In this document: positions 12,401 through 23,803 of the stretch, in pieces | How the letters are laid out: each line of letters begins with the position of its first letter | Position numbering within the stretch: the first letter of the stretch is position 1 | NCBI GenBank assembly: GCA_046563655.1 | Contig: CM102290.1 | Coordinates: 8,804,001-8,868,000, forward strand | Direction of reading: 5' to 3' | Origin: Yuukianura sp. NJ FZ-2021 | Lineage: Eukaryota | DNA: 64,000 nt | Notes under the pieces: generated by a model | What the model was told of the DNA's origin: nothing | Databases searched by the model: none | Seen by the model: the letters and a program-made list of their open reading frames with translations, nothing else | Program-made: the position numbers and the translations under genes

Positions 12401-15400
12401 TAACTCAAGACGTAATATGGTATGATTGGATCCTGAATAGAAAAATATTTTGAATTGTAGTAAAGTTATCATTTAGCTAACAGATTTCTAGATCTCCAGT
12501 ACGACAGTAATTCTTATTATTTCTGCTGTATACGCTTTTGATTTTTACAATTATTGTAAAGCTTTTTGTTTTTATTCACTCTTTTTATTTAGTTTAATTT
12601 CCTCAAAACTCCTCCTAGGCAAAACAACCCAATGACTTTATTTTGATTTGAGCTATAAATCTTACACACAATGGATTGGAGTGGAAGAGGCTTTGGAGTA
12701 GAATTTGGCTTTCACTACGCGTCAAAAAGGGTTGACATTCGACTACTGTCTGGGAATAACAGATTCAAAAATTCCCTCGACAGTCCATAGCTTAGACTAG
12801 CGAGCTGGGTAGAATTGTATGATGTTGTTGCTCTCAGTTTGATTGACAAAATGACACCTTTAGAAATGAGAAATCAAGGCATCATAATAATAATAATTTT
12901 TCAAAAGTTTACTCCTGCTCAGCCGAACAATGAAGACGGAGAGCCCTTATGGTTAGGTTAGTCGTAGTCGAGCAAATAGTCGTAATTTGACCAACTTAGG
13001 CTGAACCCATTCCCTGATTGATAGGCACAGACTGACTGAACAGTGTCATTGTCCCCTTTCACAACTGCGGAACAACAGATCACAAAGTCTTCCCGTTTAA
13101 GAAAAATAAGGCAATCTCCACGCCACGCTTCACAAATATAATTGCCTTCATTTGGAATCTGTCCTAGGCAACGCAGTCTGTCTCATTTCTTTCCATCTGC
13201 ATACAACGGACACGTAGAAATTGGGATTTGATTCCAAAAACGAACAATGCCCACCATCACCGTCAGCCAAAGTGGTCAACTTGAGGTCAAATCTAGCTTT
13301 GACATCTCTTCAATGAAGGGGTTGGATGGCGTTTAAATGACTTTTGTCTCTATTGACGACTTTTGACATTTTGTCCGATCCGTCACAATTTCGAATTCCA
13401 AAATCTGAAACTTCCTTCCCCTTTTTGAGTTCCGAGTGGAACTCGAAAGCAAAACCTAAAATTCTAAAACATTGTGGCTGGAATGAATTTGCGTTGTAGT
13501 TATTGCTGGGAGTTTTGGTTCCAATTACTTTCAAGACAGCAATGAGCCTTAATTCCACGCTTGGAAGAAGAAAGTGAAGGAAAGGAACTGTTTGGAGAAT
13601 GGCTAAATGCCTTGAATTGAGTGTAGGTTTAGGAAGGAAGGAAAGCATCTCTGCCACCACTTTGTCTCCAAATGAATTTTAGCGGAAAAGAGTTTTGTTG
13701 TTCAAAAGAAAGTAACTGTTGAAAGTGAAGGGTTGCCTATCAAAGGGCGCCATCGCCCTCATTAAAGGCTACCGTGAATGAGAAGTTAATTCTTGAGATT
13801 TGGACGGCACTTGAAAGCACTGCTGTCTCCGTCCTTTGTTTTAAAAATTGGTTTCTGCTCGGCACCCAAAGATCTTCTTTGTCTTGGAAGCTGGGATCTG
13901 TTGCAGAGATAGGAATAGCATGGGAGGCAGAACAAGGCCAAGGACCGACAACGTCGTCGTTTGCTTGACAAACCAGAAGTTGAGCAGGAAGCTGTTCCGT
14001 AGAAAGCCCACCATGGAAGCTCCTCCTGTATAAATTGTATAAGCATAATTGAACGCAATGCTGAGCATGACTCTTTTACATGAGTCAAGAGCCACAATGG
14101 CAAGCAGATCTACGTGGTTGGTTCAGCCGAAATTAAAACGGAAGAACTGTTGTGGGTGGCCGATGTGTCGAGTGTAAGCGGAACTGATGGCAGATGCTAA
14201 TGCAATGGGAGAAAGTCAACTCGAGCGCAGCAACTTTCACGCCATTTGGACTCGTCAAAATCCAACTACAACGTTTTGCTTGATCGCTGTCAATTACGCC
14301 AAAGGTGGGCACTTTACCTGTACAAATTTATAGCAGCAAAACAAAATTCGGAAGTACTAGTTCAATTTGTTTGATGATCAAATTTGAATACAAAATGGAC
14401 AGAGTTCCAAAAAAAATGAAGAGTTTTTGTCTGAGAAATTGCCTGCGAGAGAAACTGAACGATGCTTTCACTTTATTCAAGCTAACCACTGAACTGAAGT
14501 AGCTACTACAGTACTACTCTAGTGCTACTGAACTACAGCTATTACATGCACTTTGACTTTCTCCAACAGTTCAGTTTCATTTCACATCCTTATACAAAAA
14601 CATAGCCACAGTTTGTGTTGTGATGTAGTGTGGTGACCTTTGACCTCGATTGCCAGAGGCTCCATTGCTTCGAGCAATTCTTCTAAAAAACATAGCCAGT
14701 ATAGCTTCATTGTAATTTATGGAATTTTGCATCCCTGTGGTACCGAACAGAGTAAAGATATGTTGGATAGATTTAGAATCTTCCAGTTGAACAGAGTTAA
14801 GTTATGTCCAGTAAAAGTCATTTCTGCCGCCAATTCATCCATACATTTTCCAGAAATTTAAAAGTGGGACAGTTTGGGGAGAACAAAGGAGCGGGAGAGG
14901 AACCATAATTTAAAATTCCATTTCTATAGATAATGGACTTGATTTCCGCTTCTGTGTCCATGGCTTTGGAAATAAATGGGGAAATTGGTTTGGCGAGTCC
15001 ACGAACGTGTCCCTGCCATTCCGAGTGCCTTGGACGTAGGAAAAAGTTTAATTAGAGATGGAAACGTTATTAAAGTCCACGCTTTGGTAAATTACAGGAT
15101 TAGTTGCCACCGTTTATCTGAGCACTTTAAAATTATTGTCCCGCCTTCTGAGTCTTAATTAAAGAGATAGTTACTTAATTACGCTAAAGCTCATTATACT
15201 TATTAGGTTCTCAGTTTGCAACACGAACAGCCCCGAATTGCGAATATTTCATGTGCGAAACACATGAGTCAGGCATTGTAAGGACACCCATTAATCTCAT
15301 TATGCCAAATACTGATGAGGCAATAAAACAGCAACTTCAAACTACTTTTCCTGGTTCCGGCAACTCAGCCCACACAATTCCAAGTCCTTCATCAAAATGA

Positions 15401-18400
15401 AATTAAAAATGGCGGAAACTTCAAAGAAATGGCAATCATTGGGAAACAATAACATTTTAGTTAACGTACTCGAGCTCAAAATTAACTTAAAATATTCATA
15501 ACGTCGCAAACTTTCAATTTTTATTTGAAGCGTATTTCGTCTTAAATGTATGGAATAGCCTCTGTTTGTGGTACACAGGTTGTCACTTACAAATTGGGGC
15601 TGTAAAATAACAACAAAGTGAAAACATTTGTTAAGTACAAAAACCAGTAATATTGTTACTCATTTGCAAAATTGTTGTTAGATTAAAGAGAGATTTGCCA
15701 ACTCGCATTAATTCTTGTTTGCTCGCAAAAATTTGCAAGTTTGCATGATTTTACAACTTTGCAACTACTCAATCGAGCCTTCAGTTTGTCCAAAAAAAAA
15801 TTGAAATGTTGAAGGAATCCTTTTTCTTGGCATATTAATTGTGATGCGTCGCTTGAGAAGATTTTTGTGATCAAGATGAAGTTAAGAAATGTACAAAAAG
15901 TACTTGACAAGTTGGAAACTGTACAAGAATCTCTCAATCTTTCATCGCTCAAATGAAACACAAATTTTCCTGAAAGGGCAACAAATGGTTTCCACTCCAA
16001 TAAAGGTTATGCACATTTGCAAATTTTTAAAGGTTCCTGTCATTATCCTTAATTGTTAGGCTAGGCCACAAGGCTGTCAATCATAACTTTTCATAACAGA
16101 GGACATAGAGTCACTTTTGCAACGGCATAAAGTAGCCAAACTATCATAACTTTGTTCCCTTTGCAAAAAACAAAAAAAAAACAGAAGTGGCAAATCGGAG
16201 TTTAGCAGTTGATTTACTTCTTGAGGTCAAAGCGTGTTCACGGAGCACTAGAATTAGAGTCACTCGCAGTTTACAGAAGTTTTGAGCCATGACTCCATCA
16301 GTTCGACTTACTTAAGTTGGTTTTTAGCCTTCCGAGTTAGTAATTTGGGCCATTCGTCCTCATACTGTCATATGAATTAGTTTGAAATCTCCGCCAAAAT
16401 GCTCTCTCCGATTCTTTTGCACATGATAAGGACTTGGCGTGTTTGGCGGCTTTACTAAAGACTGTTATTTACATGACTTGCCTTGATACATAGTTCTCAC
16501 AGGGGTTGTTTGGTTGCATGCAATTCGCCTCTGGTGACTTTTTAGTGCACTTTGACCAAATGAATTGTTCGGTTGGAGGTCGCGACGATTATGGACTCTG
16601 AGAATTCTAGCAAACAAAGGAAAATTGATTGAGGATTTGGAAATAGGCAGAGAGTAAGTGGGCATTAGCGAGGTTTAATTAAGACAAAGTGGAAATAATT
16701 GTGTTTACCTAGAGGGTTTGAAGTGGAGGAGAAAATTCAATTGAGCAAACAAACCTATTGGGCGAAACCTCAATTTCAATTAATGCTGTGGAGCACAGAA
16801 TTAATTTACTTTCCGCCGTTTTTTTCCGAATTCCAACAAAATCGGCTCAACCTAAAACGATTTGATAATTTCTATAATTTAAAACTTCCAAAAATAATGA
16901 CTTTCCTACCCGAAACCATTCAATACTGAGGTAGCGTAACCCACGGAAGTGAAAGTTCAAAACTAAAACTGGAAGCTTTGCTCCAGGGACTTTAGGATGG
17001 AAAAAAAATATGGGTTCCATTTTGAAATCTCAATTAGCAGTCCTTATACATAGTTGGGCGGTAGCAAATGGAGGATGCGTGCATGACCTCTTTTAATGCC
17101 CCAACTAAATTCGGTGGTGGGAACTTTGAAAAAGCTGGAGTTCGTAATTTTGAGACATTTTGAGTGGGGTTCAGAGGGAGCAATTTCCTACTGCTCGTCG
17201 TCTCCCGGGCCACGTAATGCTCTGGACACGAAACGTAAGGAGGAGGGGCAAGTCTAGGTCATGAAGGGCTCCACTCCGCAGTACAATTGGAGAACTAAAT
17301 AAGAAATCTGGAGGTGACCAATTCATTTCCCAACATTTTGATTACAGCCTACAAGTAACATATCCATCACTCAATTTCTTATTATTTCTAATTGGAAACC
17401 AAGAGGGGTCCAGGAAAAAACGAAACTTTGGATCTGAAATTTTCCTTTCATGTTTCACGGCACTTTTGGTTGAACGAGTCCTAATGTTGTTGCCACTGCA
17501 CCTCACATGCAGAGTTTTAATAAAAACAATTTTAGTAAAAATGGAATTCGTTGTTGCTACTGCTCAATTTTTTGAAAACACTAATTTCTTAATTCCACTT
17601 CAAATTGGAACTTTACAAATTTTAAAATTTGGAGAAATTCGGCTATAATTTTGGTTGGAGCAATAAATTTTGAGCAGGAGGTTGAAAATATTTTGTAATA
17701 GGGTAATGTTTTGTTCGTGAATTATGGGCATAAGTCCCCCTCATTTGTGCAGATTGGAAGGAGCTGATGCGTGGACAAGATTTGGCGATCGGTTGTTCGG
17801 AGGACTCAAAGGGTCCCCCTTGGCCCTAGAGATGACTGATCCTAAGGAATGATAGGTTTTAGATTTGGTTGGCTAGCGATTGATACAGGAGAAGAAAAGC
17901 AGGGCCGTCCCCCTTCGTTGAGCCTAACAATACGAAGGGATCGTGAAGAATAGAAATAAATTCATTAGAGATTTGGTTCAAAATGACTTTCATTGTGCCC
18001 TGGGTCCCTCCATGTTCAAAAACTCAAAGAGCGTCATGCACTGGAGGGAGAAATACTCAACGAATTGAGAATTGATAAACGATTCGGTTGGGTGACTTAA
18101 GGACTTTGAAGTGTGATTATGTGACTCCGTTTTGTATCCCATAACAATGCCACCAAGTCATCATCCTCACACGCACCAGGAACTAGGGGATACCTCGGAT
18201 TAGACCCTCAAAACTCCGAATTCGGATCTCCGACATCCAGCACCTTCTCCCCGGTAAGCTTCGACTTTTAAAAGTCAAATCCTGTGTCGGTCTCACTGGA
18301 GCCTTCAATGGACAAGTTCATATGGACAACCCAACGTAAAGTTCATAGCACAGGAATAATGCGGTGTTGCTCCCCATTCAAGAGGGGGAATCACCGACAC

Positions 18401-21400
18401 CAAATAAAACGACCCGTCCCCTTCAATTGATATTTTTGGACTAGATCCAACTGTCGTCGACGTCGTGGAAGTCAACTGTGCCTTCCAAGACTCTGTCACC
18501 ACTTTCATCAAGTGAATTTTAAGGCCTAAGTGAATTTTGACTGTGACTTCAAAATAAACAGAAATCAATTTTAAAAGTTTCCAGTCGGACGTTGCTGTCA
18601 AAAATTCTGAGTTTGTTTTTGAAGCAAACCGGGTTAATTTGAAAATTCATTTGGCACTACGACAGAGTGGCGAGCTTAAAGCGCTACCAAAAGCCCGGTG
18701 TTATAATGTTAGAAAAATTTAGACAAAAAAATAATGTCACCTACCTTTTATTTTTTTTTTTTTTAGAAAAGAAGTCTTTGAGAAAAGGAGAGGCAGTGAG
18801 CGGAACGATGAAGTCAGGGAGTCAATGGGAAAGTGTTTCCAAAAGCTTTATGAGAGAGTCAAGGAGGGGACTTATTCCCTTGTAAGTCTCTTCGAAGGGT
18901 ACATCAAATTCATCGGTGTAAATTTCAGACAGCATACAACAAACCTCCTCATATTCATCTTCTATTGTCACAGATTCAAGGACTCAAATCACATTAATTC
19001 CATTTGGCAATCAGAAACTGAATCTTAATTTGTTTTGCAATCCACCAAATTTTCTGCCTCGTCATTTTTCAACATCAGAAACAAATTCAATTTTGTTAAA
19101 AATTTGAAACATTTTAATTATCCTTTCAAATTGACACCCAATTCATCTTCCTTAATAAAAATGTAATGGCTAAAAAATTGTTTGTGGACAACGGGTAGAG
19201 AAACCATACCGTTTGGTTTGCCGGTTACACTTGAAGGCAATTCCAGCAACACTTTGTCAGCCAACTCACTCTTATATGAAAAACGTGGTTTTAATTATGA
19301 AAAGTTAAGTTTTGGTCAAAAACCGACAAGTTGCGATAAAAATTTGATTATTCGATTGGACATGGGTGTGGGAACTCGAAATAAAAATTTACAAGTGAGG
19401 AAGCCAGTTTTTCTCTCCAAAGTAGAGTAAGAAAAGTTATTATTAATTGCAATGTCAGAGGAAAGCTGAGAGTTTGAATGTAATAACTCTGAATTCAATG
19501 AAATGAGACACAAAAAGTGAAGTTGGAAGTGGATTTGGGTTGTAAAGTGAATGAAAACGACTATATACTTTTAGCACTAGATTAGATTATACTCCAGAAA
19601 CTAATCTTAATATCATCTTCACATCTCTCATCTCCTTCAAAAGTAAATTATTGTTGAAATTAATTCTCTCCTATTGTTTTTCTCTCAAAACCAAACCTGC
19701 ACTACTCACCTGCTCCATCTTACAATGAATGACTCTGGCTCTTAATATCCCCATTATTATGATAATTAAACCAAATTTATTTATGTACTTGGCCCATCCA
19801 AAAAAGTTCTCATATCAAAGGTGGGCAGTTGCCCTTCACCATCAACTTGAGGCGGAAACATTTGAACTCAAAGTGGATGGAGGAGTAATTGCCATTTTAA
19901 GGCAAGTGAGCAGCCAGATTAGCACGCTGGAAACAGTGATGCAGATATGGCACGACGACGCTAGCCGAGTGACAATCCGGGACTTTGAGTGACGAGGACT
20001 TGACAAACGGCGTCGGATTGAACAAAAGGGGTGGAGCCATGAAGGAAGCAATGGAGCGAAGTTACAAATTAAGTTTCGCAATGGGTTTTGGGTTGATGAT
20101 GTTAGTTTGATACTCATCCTATTATTCTAGGCCATTACCTCCTCCTTCCTTCTGTTTGAATCTTCTACTTCTGCTTTGGTTGCCTATATTAGAGAACTGG
20201 AAGAGGAAATTGAATGATCCCGCTTGTTCCTGAAGCCTTGAGGAGACGGTGGCTGGCTCCTCTGAGCCATTAGTCGTTGCCACATTAAATGGAAGAAAGG
20301 GCTTCCATTTTGCCATTCCCATAATTTGGTATCTATTCATCATGTTGGTAGTAGCAGAATAGGCGGAAGAGCCAACTTACAACTCCCGCCCAAATTTGAA
20401 TCTCCTCTCCCATTTTCCTTGACTTCTGTGACAAAGGATTTAGACCATTTCCAAAATTTGTTGCTTTGAAACGACTGTAATTGTGGTGATTTGGCAGAGG
20501 GCCAGAGAATGGTAATTAGCACCTACTACTCGTTTCCTCCCTGCCTCATCACTTCCATGCAACTGAACAATGGCAATTAAGATAGGAAGGACTGTGGCAG
20601 AGGGCGCTGATTGGTTCATTACAGCAAAACAATGAAAATGTTGTTCTAAATATCTTTTGTTTTCCTTTCCAGACTCTGTTTACTTTTATTGTTAGTGATC
20701 TGGCGGAGTGATATTCTTCTGTCGTCGCCCTGTCCTCGTCTGTGAGAGAAATGGGCTCAGGCCAAAAGTTTGGCAAGTGCTGGAGGTTCATGTAGGAACA
20801 TTATGATTTGTCCAAGGCCCTTTTGTCTACCAAAGTTTCGAAAACATGTTGAAAAAATGAGTGCCAAAAGGCGGAAGTTTTCTTAAAGAGAAGTCCAAGG
20901 AGTCTGCGCACTCGCCTCTGACCTGGGTTTCCTTCAATTTTGCTCAAACGAAATCCGTTTGTTCCTGAAAAGACTTTCTCCAACTTTCTCCTTGCCACCT
21001 TCGTCCTTGGCAGCACCACGAAGGAAGCGAATCAGGTTGGCTCGATTCAAGCACAATCCTAGCAAGTGACTGTTTTTGTTCTAAATTTTAAAAAATAAGT
21101 GCACATTTCAAATCTCTCAGCTTCGATTTTGCGTCTTTCGCTGTTTAATTTGACCCATTAAATTTAATGAGAATATTCTTAAAACTGTTTTGAGAAACTT
21201 TAAAGTTGTTTGTTAATATTAGTACGCATTAATTTTTTTTTTTTTTTTTGAAAATCTTCATGCACTTAAAAAAAGTACAAAAACGTTGGGCTCCTACGAA
21301 GCTAAAGTTACCGGAGAAGAGTGAAAGGAGGCCTGTGCAAGGCCTTTCTTCATAAAGCCCGCTCCCTCGAAATTTCAAAACAAAATGTGATGCTGTTCAA

Positions 21401-23731
21401 ACTGGAATCATTTCATATAGTATTACCGTTTGTACATTGTTATGTGAGTATTTTTTTTCTAAATTTTTTTAACTACACTTGCGTGAATCAGAACGAAAAA
21501 TTAAGTTTAATTGGGAAGAGGGTTTTAGGAAAATTGGCATTTATTGTTCGTTAGAGTGAGCAACCATTAAAATTACCTTGTCTCTGTCTCCCTTGTGCAT
21601 GAATATGAATTTGAAGGATGTGTGAAGCGTTTTTCAGCACGCAATCTGTTCTTTTGTAAACTGACTAACTGTGACTACTAAGTCCACAAGGCTCCTATGA
21701 GACAATGGGGCGGAGTTTTGCACACAAAATCCTTTTTAAATGTGCAAAAAAGCAGAGCATTTATTAAAAAAAGTTGTTGTTCTCCCCTGTGCTCTCCTTT
21801 ATCTATTTGCGGTTTACGGAATTATAAAGTAGTAAACGGTCATTAAAGTCACAATAATAATTGCCACGCATGCTATCCCAAAAAACCTTCATTCAATTCC
21901 ACCATTGTTCTGTCTCAACCCCATGCAACCCCATGCAAATTTCAGTCAAATTGTAACACTTGCTCATACACTTTGCAAAAAATGCAAAAGATTTGCAAAT
22001 TTTTAATGAAACTTTCCAATAAATCCTTGCAAAAAAAGTAGTGAGCCAGCTCAATACATTTCGACTTAATTCTCCTTTCGATTCCCAATGTCAATTATGC
22101 TGTAAATCCAGTTTCCTTAACTCATCGCGTGGGAATTGGGAAGATTCAGAGATGCAAATTTGCAAAACTTTTAATAACAGGGCTTTGCAATTTTTTTGCA
22201 AATGGTCTTTGACCACTCTAACTGGTCAAGATTTGAGAAAACTACTTTTCACTTTTGGAATAATTTATCATAACGGTGTATTTGTTTCTTAAAGTGTTAA
22301 CTGATTGATGATTTTGGTCAGGTCAAACATTTAGTGAAAATGTTCAGATTAGGTTAAGATATGAACATAACCAAAACCTTAGTTTTAGACATTAGGTAAG
22401 ATTGCATCTGACATTAAGGTAAACTGCATGTCACTATTCAGGTTACATACAAAGATTGAGTAAGCATTGGACTCTCGGCGTCAAGTTAGGTTAAATTTTG
22501 CATTCAAAATGTTGATGAAAATGTTAGCTTATGTTTCGACTTTTTGGGGTGGTTGAGAATTAGTTGAATTAAGAGAAAGCTAATTAGGTTGTTCCCTTGT
22601 ATTTGTGGATTGCACAAGTTTAGGTTGTCGTTTACGTTAGAGTGATCCAAAGTTCCTGGACAGATCTAAGGTTATGTTTTTTCATTTGAAGAAGCATAGG
22701 AGGCCAAAGTAAGCTTTTAGAAAGCCTAAGGACTCTAGTTGGAATTCTCCTGTGTGGAACTTTCATTGGAGGCAGTGGGGCTCAATACGGGCGGAGAACC
22801 CGAGTTTCAGGCGGAGCTCAAGGAAATCTTCGAAAGCCTGCACAAAACCAGGGACTCGCAGTCACCGCGCTCACTTTCAAACTTTTGTGGAGCGCCGTCA
22901 AAGCTCTCGTAAGTTCGGGCACCAACAAAAAAAAACCGTTGGTGAGGGTTTAGTAAAGGAAAGGCTTATTACCGTCTAAAAAGTGAGATGAGAAGCAGTT
23001 TGTTGCCAACATTTCAACATTTTGTGCACTCACCCACTTTGTTCAACAAAAACAAAGAAATCACTTCATAAGTTTAGGCAGAATCAAGGGGAATTCACAG
23101 TTAATTTCAGTCGTTCATCGTCAGTATTAATCAGCAACGTCTGTGGAGAGAGGTAGTACGTGGTGGTCATGTTGTCAAACGTCTGAAATCAGTTTCAAAT
23201 TTGGTGGCACAAAACGACGCTCCTCAACTTCTTAAAAAGAAACACTTTTTAAACCTAACAATTTTATAATTTCAATTTTCACTTCAATCTGGAACTCATT
23301 CGTTTTGGACAAGCACAATTTTTGAGTGGCTTTTTGACATTGTTGGTGGTGAGAAATTGGTGGCCTTGAAAGGTGACGTCTGTAAGTGAGGAACAATTAG
23401 GAAACAGGCAACTAGCTAACTGGTGATTAGATTTACTTTAAAATCTTGAAGCATAACTTGCTCAGTGAGTCAAGGAGTCAATCAACAACAAAAACTCGTT
23501 CATCTTATTAACTTTTATTAATTTGCTTCTTATTCACTCAGATCCAAACAATCGAGTTCTCTTGTCATTCCAGTTAGTTTGTTTCCTACCGCCGCTTGGG
23601 TCAGTCCTAAATCCTCAATTTCTTTCCCTTCTTTTTGCGGAAGTTCAACAAACCAGAATTACTCCAGCGAGCAGTGCTTTCTACAAAGTGAAGTGAAGTG
23701 TTATTTTTTGGGTAGAGCTAATTTGAGCAAC

Positions 23732-23758
23732 ATGGAAAGTAGACTACTGTCAACTTAA
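23732..23758 (+). other. upstream ORF (MESRLLST*) in the Msx leader, in frame with the main CDS
   Basis: aacATGG start context, 8 codons, then TAA at 23756-23758; same frame as ATG 23804. Assumes transcription starts upstream of it. Confidence 0.5.
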
Positions 23759-23803
23759 CTTTTGCCAACTCTCAAAGTCAACGGAATCTCACGACCCGGC
23801 GTA

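Noticed and set aside
11218..12962. Scattered GGTTAGGTT motifs as interstitial telomere or Helitron remnants
   Set aside because: At most two units in a row, and no element termini identified.
144..23000. Many 60-135 aa ORFs in the supplied track upstream of Msx
   Set aside because: No recognisable domains, many start at TTG/GTG, low-complexity F/K/L/N composition typical of AT-rich non-coding DNA, no consistent splice chains.
23107..23126. Initiator-like TCAGTC/TCAGTA as the Msx transcription start
   Set aside because: No TATA box or correctly spaced DPE found, and another TCAGTC lies at 23601; the start cannot be chosen from sequence alone.
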